A stretch of DNA of 63,942 nt, filler included, from Choristocarpus tenellus KU-1152 (GCA_964200185.2; 10 parts of 10 records of this genome joined end to end with filler, not necessarily neighbours in it); one strand, 5' to 3'. Counted from the whole stretch's first letter, positions 14,098 through 27,669 are shown. A program made the numbers and translations. Notes: generated by a model not told the origin, from the sequence alone.

Positions 14098-14437
14098 CTC
14101 CCTCTGTCCCATAAGTCTGTTCCTTTATGCATGTACCTCTTCGGGATGACCTCCGATTTCAAAACAGATTTTTGCGTTGGATTCCTCCGAAACATTTATG
14201 TAAGATGAATTATATTATATTCCGAAACTGTTCTGAAAATATGGAACAGAGGTTAGGCGGGCATATGCGCACAAGAAGACACTGAATTGGTGGATTGACG
14301 GCGTTGAGTGAAAGTGAGGAAAGGTAATCTAATGCAAAAAACGTCAAGGAATCCAGTGTGAAAAAATCCGTTTTGAAATCGGAGGTCATCCCGAAAAGTT
14401 ACATGCATTAAGGAGAAGACATAGGAGACAGAGGGAA
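14098..14437. mobile_element. Stowaway-like MITE (340 bp)
   Basis: TA|CTCCCTCTGTC ... GACAGAGGGAA|TA with ~100-bp imperfect TIRs and a TA TSD. Confidence 0.9.
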
Positions 14438-17400
14438 TAGTAGTATTAGTACATGGATGGATGGGAAGTATTCCTCCTACAAAGTAAGAGGTAAAATTAC
14501 GTGAGATCATCATCACCCTTACATTGGCGTGGTTACGGCGAATTGGGTTTTGCTCTTACATACAAGCAAATACAGACAAGCGAGGAACAGGTTTTTTCGC
14601 ACGCCCGTCTTAAACGTGCGCACTTGGTTTCGTTACTCTGGAAAAGATCATCAAAACGGATTGAATAAACTGGAAAAGAAACAAAAAATAGGGGGGTTCT
14701 ACACTTAGGAGGTGGTTAAGCGTATGGTACGCCAAAGCTCGTCTAAGCTTAGACGACGTTTCTTGCGTCTTACATAGGTTATTTAACATCTTAGAAGTAC
14801 TCTGAATTATAAAATACAAAAGAGATACCTTCTAAACTACCCTTGAGTTCTACGTAACTTTATTATATCTGAAACAAGAAACAAACATTAAATTAAGTTT
14901 GTTAATCAGTGCATTAAGAATGATACATTTATATATTTCCAAAATATAACAGTATCACGATCGGAAGAAGAAAATCGGAAAGTGTATGTACCACATTATT
15001 GAGCGTATCTTCACAAGTTAGCCCTAATTTTCAAGCTCTACCTGCTGTATGTACTGTTGCTCAAGCTGCCATTGTCTTTTTCTCAAGAAATACAGTTGAT
15101 CCTCCTTCCCCCATAGCCTGGGATTGAATTTGACCAATGCTGGCCCTAATTTAATGCTTGTACTTAGATGACAAATACCATACTCAAAGTAACACTACTT
15201 TGAAGTTCTAGTTTTCCTGATATTGCTAGTTCGTAATTAATAGTGGTGCTATCATAAGAAGGCGACGTGGTCTGTCGTGCATTGTAATACCTGCTTTGTA
15301 AACAAGTGTTCGTTTCAAGGAGAGTAATCGCTCTGTACTCATCAAATAATCATGGATATATTTTGCATTGTCACCATAATTAGTCATCATCAGCATCATC
15401 TGTATATATGCAAACTTCTATCCTATCCATCACAATGTCATGCAACTACAAAGGGAGTTGATGTTTGGGAAACTTGGAAGTGTAAAGCGGAGGCAGGGTG
15501 GACAGGAGAAGCACCAGTGGTCGCATCTCTTGAAGATAATCTTGAGCAATTTGATATCACCGTCAAGGTTGTCATATAGGGAGAGAAACTTGACACAGGT
15601 GGTACGCATATATGCATGGTTGGTGGACCGATGTGCAAAAAAAATTGGTATGACAAAGAAGATACGATAGACAACGGCTGTCGTCATCCTAAAACAGCAG
15701 AGAAAGGAACTCATCAACCAGATGAGGGCTCATGGACGCTAATACTGCCTGTTCAATGTTGCTTCTCTTATTGGTCTTTTCCTGGGTTTTACCTTTCATT
15801 TCTTTTTGTGGTATGAGATGATTGCTACTCGAATTGATGGGGTGACCCTCAGCTTTTTCTTATTCCTATAGAAACTTGGCGATACTCCAGGAGTTGATGG
15901 TATACTGCCCCACACCTATCAGGTATCAATGGGTACCATATGAATCTTGACTGCCCCTCATAGCTATCAAGCTTCTATTTCCTTTCCTCCATTATTATTT
16001 CTGCCTGCTATCATGTACCCCTCAGTATAGTATGTAGCTTCTCTTCTGCACTCCCTCTTCACCACGGGTCTGGGACGCTCAACCACTGTGAAGAATTATT
16101 TTGTATACAATAATATCAGTATGAAATACTAAGAACTTCAAAGGAGCTTTTTTTTTGTGGGTGTGTGCAGACACAAAAAAAATCTTCCTTCACACGCTAC
16201 TACTACTGCCACATGCGTGCATGCACATGCTAGTGTAATAAGAACGTGTTAAAAGGAGACAGAGCAAGGTCAACGACAAGGACAAGAAAAGGGTTCACTA
16301 CACCACGGATAAGAGGAACAAGCACAACAAAGAGAAACAATTAAAGGCATACTCCCACCGATATTCCATGGTTTGAAATGATCTACCTTGACATACAGAA
16401 AAATGTAGTAGTGCCTGGGTGCAAAGAAGGAGCAAAGACAACTTTTTGGAAACGGTGCAATTTGTGGAGAACTCTTAAAATCATTCCGAAGACGAAATTT
16501 GTGAGTAGGCATAATAAACTTGGGAGGAAACTAATTTTATAGGTATTATATTGTACTCAAAAATACTATCATTTCAGCGAGTGTGAGAAGCAGGAAGGGT
16601 AACAAATATTCTACAATACCTGCCTGTGTTTATCATTATTACCTGTGGCTACCTCCATCTCATTAACTCACTAAATAAGCCGCTACATTTGAATATGGCC
16701 TTGCTCAGCACATTATATACGCATTCATGTACTTCACAAATAATGCAATTCAGTCCAAGACTGAAGAGAAATATCTGGTCCTCCAACCGTTTCGATGAGA
16801 GCGCCTGTCCCAGGATAATACTCTGGACCGGTGAGCATGTGAGGAAGGGAAACGCTCGACAACATGTGTTTCACTGTTGGGAGAAGCCTCACAACAAACA
16901 CCTCAAACAAATAACACTGTACACAATACATGATACAATTCGTAGATTTTAACGAGTTTCAGCTACAAATATTATTTGATTCGGCCGGTAAACTTTGCCT
17001 ACCAACATTATCTCAGTCAATGTAGCAAAAGCTTCAAAGCCAGCGAGGAGTTTAGGACCATGGAGCAGTGACTTGATCTCCACAGGCTCATTTTCGACAG
17101 AAGTGCCAAATAGAAGCATATTCGAAAAGTTTTCAACATGCAAAATCTTTGTGCAATAGGATGTGAATCCAAGCGAAGATTTGTGCTAAACATTTGTCAA
17201 CCACCATTGCTCACGAAAGACAAGCATTGTGTGTTCCTCAACAAAACGTGATGTTAAGCATCCTGTTCAAAATATGTATGTTGGGTTCATTGGGCGCATT
17301 CATTTATAGTGCTGTAGTAGAAAGACATTTTTCCTACAAGTGTCACACAGAAGGTATAAAACTGTAGCTTATGGTCAAATAGTGCAACTCACTAATCACT

Positions 17401-17900
17401 GCTTCTAACCACTTAAACTGCATTGGAGATTTGTGTTGTGTTTCTTGCATATCATGCAAATCATACAAAGCTACCACTCTTTGCCTACCAACCCTCCCAC
17501 CCCCCACCTATAATCACTAACTACTATTACAAGCTAAGGAAATATCACATGAGAGAAGCTGAAAAATTGTAATCTCACCAGGGTTGATGTCCCCTCTGTT
17601 CCCGACCCTTACGGAGAAAAAGAGGGTTAGAGCACCCCATCTTCCAAAACCTGTGTTTCCACTCAGAAATTTCGACCTAAAACATCTATCAGTAAAATGT
17701 CCAGTCTTACCAAAATTTGTAGACTCATCCCAAAAGGCAACAACAAAAGATTGTATTCTAAACTTTAGAACTGACCTGAGGATCAACAAAACAGAAGAAA
17801 AACCGTCTCTAGAATACCACGTAAGAAAATACGCTTAAAACACACAATAAATGTTAGAGATATTTTCTCATGCCACTGCCTGATGGGACACTCGATCCAG

Positions 17901-18018
17901 CTAAGCATTATTCACTGTACCAACACCAACTTCTGCAGACTTGAAGTCAGTAGATCCACCAATAGATGTCTCACTCGAAGAGCACTTGTCCTCTTTCTCA
18001 CAGCAGCCCTTGAAACAC
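17901..18018 (-). CDS. FTR1/EfeU-family iron permease, terminal exon
   Basis: TAG acceptor in phase (CT+G=Leu); CFKGCCEKEDKC...VNNA followed by a TAG stop. Confidence 0.65.
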
Positions 18019-18221
18019 CTACATTCGAAAGAGATTAACATCAGGTGTTGTACGAAGTTATAGTGTCAGATCAGACAAGAGATAATAACCCTTTGTTTAG
18101 AACTTAAAGACGTACACATACTGTAAAGAATGATACTGGTTCACCAAGGTGCCTACGGAAAAGATAAACACCTACTATAGTACTGTATTTCATGAACTTA
18201 AGAAACAGTTCAGTGACTTAC

Positions 18222-18322
18222 AGGATTCGGAGCTTGAAGGCAAAGAACATGCCAGCAATAACCCAATAGAGGCACCAAGAGATTATCTCCAATGGTGTTG
18301 GGTGGCACTGGTAGCCAAACAG
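18222..18322 (-). CDS. FTR1/EfeU-family iron permease, penultimate exon (partial)
   Basis: LFGYQCHPTPLEIISWCLYWVIAGMFFAFKLRI matches the LFG(Y/W)xxxP(T/S)xxExxxxxxY last-TM motif. Donor GTAAGT, phase 2. Confidence 0.75.
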
Positions 18323-21300
18323 NNNNNNNNNNNNNNNNNNNNNNNNNNNNNNNNNNNNNNNNNNNNTTAATTAATTAANNNNNNNNNNNNNNNNNNNNNN
18401 NNNNNNNNNNNNNNNNNNNNNNCAGTCAATTTTGGGTCAAGCCCATCCTCAATGAAAAGCTCCATCCTCAATTTTTGAAATCTGCTGTTTAATAGGTGAA
18501 AATATTGCTTTTCATGTCATCCTCCCCAATTTTATGTTATCCCCATTACTGAACTCTTTATATTGTTTGGAAATGACGTTCTTTAAAAAAACAATATTAA
18601 TCACCCGAAAAGATGAAATAATGAAGATATCGGCACTTCTACACTGTAAATACAGATCAGCTCTGTACAGCCAACTTGCCCAAAGGAAATTGGTAGCTGA
18701 TAGTTTCAATACTATGGAATATTCTAACTTCTTGAATCCCTTGTGCTATAAATAATTGCAGCAAAAATGAGAAGAAAAAAAATTCCACGGGAAGAATGGC
18801 AAGTAGTGTTGAGAGGAGGAATCATAGGGGCAAGAACATCATCATCTGTAAATGGAGAAGGATATATACTGTCGACCAGTCCATAATTCTACTGAGAGTC
18901 TGAGGTCGTGAAGGATTATTGACCTGTGGCAAATGTACTTCTTTGGTGTAACAGCACAGTCTGCCACCTGTCTACTGTACTCTAGTTTAGCGCACATACC
19001 ATGGTTCATCACTATTGATTTTGGTCACTTGACTGCTTGCTTTTCTACTTCAAAACACTCGCCATTTTGGATTCGATTCCCTTCCGAGTTTCCTCCTCCT
19101 CTTTCTTTCTTCTTCAACAATGCTTTGATATATTTTTCGGTCCCTGAGTTATAGAGCGAAGACGAGCAAGCCACATCTCAGTAATCTTGGGACTAGGACC
19201 TACTCATGAAGCTGTTCTTTCGACTGTGCGGCAGCATTAAGACCTATAGAGAACCATAGATTTTTTTGTAGCACCTGGAAATGGTTCTTGCCCATGTAAT
19301 GTCGAGAACAGCTCAAACTCTATGAAATATTTGGACGCTACCTTCCTCAGTTGTCAAGGTGAATCCATGGGACGCAGGTCAGCGTTTGGAAGCAGACGGA
19401 GGCATTCATAGGAACACCCTCCTTTCCTCAGGAATCCCAATAACCCTAAGCCCGCGGGAAAACAAAACATGTGGGATTCATGTATGTCGTCTCACCTCTT
19501 TTGGTCGTGCGCTAAGCATCCGTCATGTGCAGCAGCCCTACAAGTCGAATGCAAATCTACGATAGGTCTGGACGAACTTTCAACTACACCAATTCCAAGT
19601 CAAGATCATGGGGCCACAGATTCTTCCCCTATCTCCTAGGATCGAGACTTGTGTCCTGAGAACGGTCAATACAACACACCGAAGTGAATCGGGTCATGTA
19701 TTTTCAGATCATGAAATTTCCATATCAACGACAAACTATTATCAGATGATTTCAATCTAATTGGTCGATTCTAGGGTTAGGGTTGGGACGATTTGATTGA
19801 ACCTTGAAAATATTCCTATCCACAAAAAAACACATTCATTCCAACCCACAAAGTGCAACCTGAAACGTCCTCCCCTCCTACACAATATCCGTACACACAT
19901 ATACATATCCAGTACCTTGTGCTTGTTGTCCCCGAGATAGTGACCTAGAACGGAATAAAGTATCACATATCATCATGTTGCTCCAAAAATTCACTATTAC
20001 CCATATCTGCGTGGTCCTGCTTCAGGCAGTATATATGATGTCTTCGGGGGCACTGGCTTTGGTCGTAGCTGCACTAAGAGTAGTCACAGATCAACGCAGG
20101 AAGGAAGAGGGCGACCCCATCCCACGCCCGTTCAGGGATCGATTCTTTGGGCCCAAGGAACCCTTCCAGCTGTCGGGAGATGGGTTCCCCGTGCAGGGGG
20201 GCGAAGTCAACGGCCAACTAGGCGGCATGTTGGTGACTGTGGAGGACTTCACCATCGCGGTACGCAACCATGAAAACCAAGCACCATAGGATGAATAAAG
20301 AGAAACGAGTGAGGCTTATGGTCCGATGCGCATGTCAGTATATCATTGACCTCAAATAGAACCCGCTTCAGCTCTGACAAATCCCTTCGCCCATCTCCCA
20401 CAACCTATCAACAGTTTGAGCCTCGGGAAGGTTCCAAGATCTCCGTTGAAGTTTTCCTCATGTCCAGTCCGAGCCTGCGCGGCGGGCTGATAGAGGGGGG
20501 ACTCATGGAAGGCCTCCGACGAGTCCCAGGGATGGAGAGGGTCTCCGAGGCTAGGATCAGTCCTGCCGGATTCCGGTGGTGTCCCCATGAGCAGATCCTC
20601 ATCCACGTGAGAGATGCCACTGGGTGCTCAGGACTATTCTCACCTCCACTCGAGCTCGTCGAAGACTATAGTTCGTTGAGCTGTCGGTGTACTTAGGTCC
20701 ATGATGGGAACTGTTTTCGTCCACGTTCCTCTGAATACTTGAAAATAGAAAGATTCGCTGGCTTCATGCATGAAAATTCGTCAACCAATACTTACATGAG
20801 CTTTCCCAGCGCCCCAATCCAGCTTCCCCCTTCTAAACAACCAACGGATCGTGGTCACTTGTTCGCGTCACCTCTTTATGCAGATTCCCCAATGCAAGGC
20901 TGCACTTATGCCTCAGTTTGTTCGCGTTGCTGTCTTTGATGTGGCCTGCTCCGGCAGTCTTCCTTTGAGTGCCGTGACAGTTCCACTTCCTTTGGGTGAC
21001 CTTAGTGGATCACTGCACCGCCATCGAGCAAAGCTTGCTCATCGACCAACCCTGGTGAGTGTCGAGTCAATACCTTCATTCACCACCTATCTATATTGAC
21101 ATCTATTCTCCTGCTGTTGTTGTAAATGCAGCACACAAGAGTGAACTTTGGTTGTTTATCAATCTCAATCTTCTGAGCAGTAGAGCAGTTGATGTGGCGG
21201 GTGGCAACAATCCTCCCCTGAAATGCTTGTTCTTCCGCCTATTGTTCTTGGCTGATCAGAAGCCCAATGTATCCCCTGGTCTCGTTTGACTTCAGAATAC

Positions 21301-21370
21301 CAGGGAGATTGCATGTGCGGGGGAGGCATATGTTACCATCAAGTGTCGTGTTGATCAACAACATCAGAGT

Positions 21371-22006
21371 GTGGGATATCTTGGGGCGATGATCAAGCTC
21401 CTCTTGTTCACAGCATTGTGTTTCCTTTGTTTTTTCACCTCCTCTGGAATCTGGTGGTGGTGTGCCTCCTCCTTTGAGAGGAGAGAGGCCCCTGCAATGC
21501 ACAGCGTCGCCACTGCTGTCTCACCTGCATGGGTACAGAGTACCTCAGTCATGCCTGTTTTTGATTCTCCAGACTTGACAGCACATGACATTGTGGTATC
21601 ATCGTCAGGGGAAGTTACCGGCAATGACAACGGCCACAACAACAACGGCAGTGTCCCACCATCATTGGTGTTCCTGGGGAACGACGAGAAGATGACAATT
21701 GATGGTGTAGTTGATAGTGTATACACAGAGGATGTCGCAGGGGATAGACATCGCCTGCCACCAGCTGTCCGCAAGTCACTTTACAGATACAGTACATCGT
21801 CACTGACACAGACCGTAATAGATGATATGAAGTGGGTGCTGGAATGGTCCAAGTTGTCAGATCTCCCTAAACTTGTAGCAGACAAAGTGGGTTGGGAAAA
21901 TGAGCCTTGGTACAAGGAGGCTGCTGATCCTTTGACTGGGGACGAACTGGTCCAGTTCTGTTCCCGTCAATGGTGGGCGTGCCTAGAATTCTATGACTTG
22001 GAGTAG
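21371..22006 (+). CDS. Hypothetical ORF, 211 aa, hydrophobic N-terminus
   Basis: Long open frame with a protein-like C-terminal half; no family recognised. Confidence 0.3.
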   Translation: MGYLGAMIKLLLFTALCFLCFFTSSGIWWWCASSFERREAPAMHSVATAVSPAWVQSTSVMPVFDSPDLTAHDIVVSSSGEVTGNDNGHNNNGSVPPSLVFLGNDEKMTIDGVVDSVYTEDVAGDRHRLPPAVRKSLYRYSTSSLTQTVIDDMKWVLEWSKLSDLPKLVADKVGWENEPWYKEAADPLTGDELVQFCSRQWWACLEFYDLE

Positions 22007-24050
22007 ATGCCCACGTCTTGTCGTTGTTCCCTAGTGTAGAGCGTTCTTGAGTATGCTGTGTCTGTTGGTTGAGCTAAGGGATAGAAATGTAGAAGGTGCC
22101 ATTGTGATTTGGCTGGGAGATGCTACAGAGCTTGGTGTTGTATTTCCGGTACGTGCACATAACAATGTACAACATTGGCGTAGTCAACTCAGTCCCACGG
22201 AGGTTCCTCTATGATGATTCGTTTTTGTCATTGATCCAAAAAATATGTAGATACCTTACTGCTGATGCTTTTGAAGGCACCGTATAATTTTCATGGTTGC
22301 AAAGGACAATTCATTACACATCCAGAGAAATACCACACAGGGTGTTCGGACTTGCTCGGCCCTGAAGTAGGATAAGTAGACAAAGACAGGTGTATATCAT
22401 CATTGACAAACAAAAACTTTTACATTCTTCTCAGAAGGGGGTGGTCTTGTCTTCCTGCTGTTCTAACAGATAGTCAACACATTTTGGTGTGGTTATGATC
22501 TCGGGGGTAAGACAGTGACCAGGCCTCCAGCAGGATACTTGCCGCTAGAATCACGAGAATTGTCAGCTTTGAATATCGTCCTCTTGCCACGTTGTATATT
22601 TCACACTGATACGTAGAGCAGACAAGGCTTATAGAGTTGGCATCAACCTGGGCTGGGCAATGAGATGTCACCACGGGGTGACATGAACAAAGGTTTGTCT
22701 TGTTGAAGTACACATACATCTTTTAGGAGACACACATACGGAGAGTACATAGTACTATCAAGAATTCTCGAATGAGTTATTCTTAAGAGATCACAGCATC
22801 CCTGACGTGGCATTTCACCTTGAACCCATAGTTAGTGTGTTGTCTATCATTCAACACAAATAATATTTTTGAATAGTAGAACACGTCCAGGTAACAGAAA
22901 CACAAGCGGGGGTCTGCCACACTCCAGTGACTCTCTTCTTCATCCTCATCTAACCGAAGGGGAGAGACAAAGCACACCAACATGCCCCTTGTGAATCAAC
23001 GGCGAGAGCAGAGATACTCGTTACATGTTAACTTCAGGTGATCTCTTTTGCCAATTCTCCGTTCAACTCAACTTGAATTAGGTGTTCAGTCCAGCAAGTG
23101 AAAAGAAGGGGGGGTGATTATAGTACTACTAATATATTGCTGTAGTGAAATGCAAGGGGTGGTAGGATTACTGCTGACACAGTCCCAGTAGTTCACGACA
23201 GTAACCAAAATACCACCTGGGTCAGATTGCTCGACCTGTCCTTGAGTGGGAAACTCGTTCACGCTCCATTTCCTTGTAATCCAGTAGAAACGATGGAAAC
23301 TGACAGAACAGCGGTCTCAGGACTGTCCAGAATAACATGCATAGCACTATATAGTTAGTAGACTTTGAAAATGAGGGTATATGTTGTTTGTGTACTGACC
23401 TATTGCCCATCCCTACTTCTGTACTCTCCGTATTCAAAGGTATTCGACTACTATACACATGTTGCCCCCCATGACAACATCTCTTCAGAATGTCACTGAA
23501 AGCAAAGATGCCTAGGTGGTTTTCATCTTCTATTAGTGTTATGCAAGCAATGCAACACGTGTGTGTCAGGTGCGGAATCAAATAGCTATGCCTACATCTC
23601 CTGGACAAGAATACGGCTCTGAGGTGTGTATGCACTGAACGCAATAGACTCGGTCAATAACCTCCCACTCTACTGCCCACCCTGCCCAACAGAACCACCA
23701 CCACGATTGCTGCAAGTCTAAGGGACACAGAACACACCATCCAGGCTCAGAAGACAAAATTTCCGTAGCCTGGATGCTCTCAACGTATCTCCTTGATCTT
23801 TCCAATAGATGATTAGCTCCAACTGTGTCAATTTTGATGCACAAGGTGCTATGCTATGCAGCAAATGCTCAGCCTCAGGACCGTTCTCCTACCACACTCG
23901 CTACGGAACAAACAACAGTCATCGTCCAAAGTATCAAGGGGGGGGGGGTGNNNNNNNNNNNNNNNNNNNNNNNNNNNNNNNNNNNNNNNNNNNNTTAATT
24001 AATTAANNNNNNNNNNNNNNNNNNNNNNNNNNNNNNNNNNNNNNNNNNNN

Positions 24051-25098
24051 CCAGTCCCTGTCTTGGCACAGGTGAACTCACCAATAACCTTGGAGAAACA
24101 CCAGCCTTGTCCACCTCAACCACCTCCCCACTTGACTCAGTCCCTGCAGTCCCATTCACCTCTGACTGGGTAGAGACATCAAGGGATTCTGTTCCTCCTG
24201 CCTGAATAAGATCATTCAGAGTGGTCCTAACCTGACCCAGTCCCTGTCTTGGCAAAGGTGAACTCACCAATAACCTTGGAGAAACACCAGCCTCATCCGC
24301 TTCAACTACCCCCTGATTGGACTCACTCCTTGCACTTCCATTCACCTCTGACTGGGTAGAGACATCAAAGGATTCTCTTCCTGCAGGTTGAACAAGTTTA
24401 CCCGGGGTGACTCCAACCTGCCCAAGTCCCTCTACCTCAGACGAACCCCCCCTGGACTTAGCCCTTGAAGTCCCAATCGCCTTTTTCATTGCCCCTGTAG
24501 ACATAGCCCCTGACACTGATTTCTCCCTCATTTCTTTCTTCTCTACAAACTCCCCTATCATGGCACCCTTCTGTACAGCCTTCCCACTCCCCCGTAACTC
24601 CTTCCCATTATGCCCCTCCCCTGCCGCCTCCGTATCTCCTACAGATCCCACCCTGTATCCCATACTTGTACCGTCAGCTGCCCCTTCACCATCACCCATG
24701 CTTCTCATCAGCCTTGTCCACGCTTCTCCTTCTCCTTGTTTTGATGACACCATAGCCTTCCCATCTGTGCCTCCACTGGACACTGCCACTGTTGTCTCTC
24801 CACTATCCCTCCCCCTATAAGCGGAAGAAAAGTTCAACACTGAGGGCGAACCCTCTCCCCTGCCTTCCCCTTCCCTCGAAAACCTTCCCATCGATGCAGT
24901 CCTCTCCCTCTCCACCTCCAGACCCAAAGCCAAAGGAACATCAGAGGGTTCCCGAGCCTTGGCTCGCTCCGATGTCAACCGAGAGTTTACCTCCAAGGAT
25001 GATGTTGCATCATTTGATGTTGCACCAAACAGCAAGGAGGATGCATAATTTGGCTTGGTAGAAGAGCCACTGACCGGCGCTGCTTTTTTTGCTCGAAT
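24051..25098 (-). CDS. Kinase long low-complexity exon with 62-aa repeats (3' truncated)
   Basis: AAG acceptor, phase 0; more than 1 kb stop-free on the minus strand while the plus strand has stops. Confidence 0.7.
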
Positions 25099-25807
25099 CT
25101 TTGATTTTAAAATGGCCCAAGTAGGGAGTAGGTGGGGGGGATGGTGACGGGCAAGAAATGTGTACTTTTGAGAGACTGAGGTGAGGTGTGATGGGGGAGT
25201 TGGTAGTGTACATTACTAAGGGATTCAATGCGATGAGTCTATAGCCGCAAGAAAAGACCGTGCTGTCATCTCTGATCCCTAAATGATGCCAAGATCAAAA
25301 CATCACTAGGTTAAGGGTTATGGACTGAGTGCATCCATCCTACTGACAAAATCTGACACAGATAGCTTTGTTCCATTGGGGCACTACCAAATAGATATCC
25401 CTTTGAACAACAGCACTTCACATCAGGTTTCAGTTTAAATGGTGTTATCTTTGACTAAAATACATAGAAGAAAAAAATTTGACTGTATCTGTTAAATTAC
25501 TCATACACCATTTGAGGTAGATCCATAACTCCATGCCACTCCACCAATTGCCAATTTCTTGGTCAAGAGGAACCTGCAAACTTCCATTTTACAGAATAAC
25601 TCACCCCCCAAATGGTGGCCATTTCCAACACTGTTCATTACCCCAAACACACCGGCATCACTCACTAGGCATGAAAAACATTAAGGGCCCATGTACAGGC
25701 TCTCCTGTATGCCACGAGCACCACTGTTGTTACTACAGATAGTTCTTTTCAATTCATCTTTGAATAACTTCCTCGAGCCTACCTCATATATTTGTCCAAA
25801 ATCTCAC

Positions 25808-25912
25808 CTTGGACAGGCGCCGCTTCATGTTCATTGTGAAGGACATGAGAACAGAAAAGTGGGTGCCGGTTGGCGTGATCGCCGTGCTGATGTCCATATC
25901 AGAAATATCAAC
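25808..25912 (-). CDS. Kinase exon (post-kinase segment)
   Basis: Polypyrimidine CAG acceptor; 105 nt encoding VDISDMDISTAIT...MKRRLSK; GTGAGA donor; phase 0/0. Confidence 0.75.
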
Positions 25913-26440
25913 CTGAAAACAAAACAAAAAAAAGATCCCCAGAATATGGCGCCATTAGGGAACATTACAACGATATCTGTACAAAAGCGCATCAAGGACA
26001 ACCTTGGCCGGCTAGGCCTCCAAAGAGTAGACCACTTACATATTCATATATTGCTTGAAAGAGGTATTATTGGATATATAACAAAAAAAAGGAATTAGCC
26101 TAGGTCACAGAGAACATAATCAATAACAAAAAAAAAATGGCAATGCTTTCATGTCAAGAAATGATTTCTTTTTCTTTTTTCATTGTTGAGAAAAAACGAC
26201 CACAGCAGTTCACCAAGAACAAAAAATTCCAGCAGTAGCATCGACAACCCTAACCCTAACCGCCTTCTCTCAAGAGCATCCATATCCATCTACGGCTCAT
26301 CAATATTTGCACAGATTGTGTATCTACACTAGTATACACTACACTACTAGCTAGCATACATACAAACGCATCTCTCCCAAAGTAAAACAAGATCCGTTTA
26401 AAAAACAGTAAAACAAGACACCGTATGTCAAACGCTCTAT

Positions 26441-26471
26441 AACCCTAACCCTAACCCTAACCCTAACCCTA
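26441..26471. repeat. Interstitial telomeric repeat (CCCTAA)5
   Basis: Direct reading; representative of many such tracts. Confidence 0.95.
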
Positions 26472-26669
26472 CAGCAATCTACTCGGTACTCAGCCTTGAA
26501 GGTAACACTCCATTAACCCCCTTTACCCACCCAGTCACGCATTGCCATCACACCGCTCCTTGAGACATACATAAACAAGCCATCACACATGTCAATACAC
26601 ATCTACAAGTGAAACCAACAGAGTAATCCCCCTCCCACCCCCGCCCCCTCCAACCCCCCACAGTCACAC

Positions 26670-26836
26670 CTTATATGAGGGCTCATGGTGAAGCCGAGCA
26701 GGATTATCCTTCCCGCCCAGGTTGGCCTCAACCCATGGATGATGCATTGCATCCTGCCCCGTGGCCCTCTCGGTGGGATTCTTGTTGAGCAGCTCTGACA
26801 GGAGTTGACACACCAGGAGATAGTCGTTGCCTTCGC
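26670..26836 (-). CDS. Ser/Thr protein kinase exon (subdomain XI)
   Basis: LLSELLNKNPTERATGQDAMHHPW; TAG/GT boundaries. Confidence 0.85.
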
Positions 26837-26858
26837 CTAGGGAGCGAGTAGAGGATGG

Positions 26859-26911
26859 TGTCAACATAGATGATGTCAACATAGATGATGTCAACATAGA
26901 TGATGTCAACA
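26859..26911. repeat. 15-bp tandem repeat (GTCAACATAGATGAT)
   Basis: About 3.5 copies, intronic. Confidence 0.9.
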
Positions 26912-27476
26912 TACTGCAACAGTGGAGAGTACACATGCTCAACAACCAAACAAGGAAGTTGTTGTTATCAAGGTGGGGGATCAACTTATCAAGTAGTGTT
27001 TTCTTATTATTATTTACACCTAGAAAAAAAAAAAAAAATGCGCAAGTGTCAAGTGTCAACTTCAGGAGACCAGTACCGTACTTGCTTGCAATTGTGGGGA
27101 TAAAATCGAAATCAAACAGTCACTATGGCAATTTGAACACATACACACACACACACACACACAAGAAAAAAACACACAAGACATTCCTCACGACACCGCC
27201 AATGATCCCAACACTCAAAAATCAGTTTCAAAAAAGAAAGATATCCGTAACAATAGGCTCTAGACCAACACATCAAAAAAAATAATAATGTGGTGAGCTT
27301 ACCACAAGGAAACAACCAAGACTCTCCGACAGAGCAGGTGCTTCACAGAAAGGGTGCTGGGTACCAAATTAAAAAAAAAAAAAAATTATACAAAACTGGG
27401 AAGAGAAGTTGAAGGCCAAGGTAGGGAGGAGGAGCATCCAAAGGGGGGGGAGGGGGGCGGGGGCGGAGGATCGTAC

Positions 27477-27515
27477 CAGGGGGAAAGTCGAGTGGTTTAT
27501 CTACAAGGAGATCAA
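27477..27515 (-). CDS. Ser/Thr protein kinase exon (subdomain X, partial)
   Basis: DLLVDKPLDFPP+G; donor GTACGA, phase 1 matching the next exon. Confidence 0.6.
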
Positions 27516-27669
27516 NNNNNNNNNNNNNNNNNNNNNNNNNNNNNNNNNNNNNNNNNNNNTTAATTAATTAANNNNNNNNNNNNNNNNNNNNNNNNNNNNN
27601 NNNNNNNNNNNNNNNACCAAATGGGCACCCTGGTGTGGACCCCCCCCCCCCCTCCAGATACTTTGGGTC

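Noticed and set aside
24407-24820. Pro-rich plus-strand ORF
   Set aside because: Antisense to the stop-free kinase exon; the plus frame has several stops.
27304-27357. Possible 54-nt kinase exon (HPFCEAP...)
   Set aside because: Phase and subdomain order are incompatible with the flanking exons.
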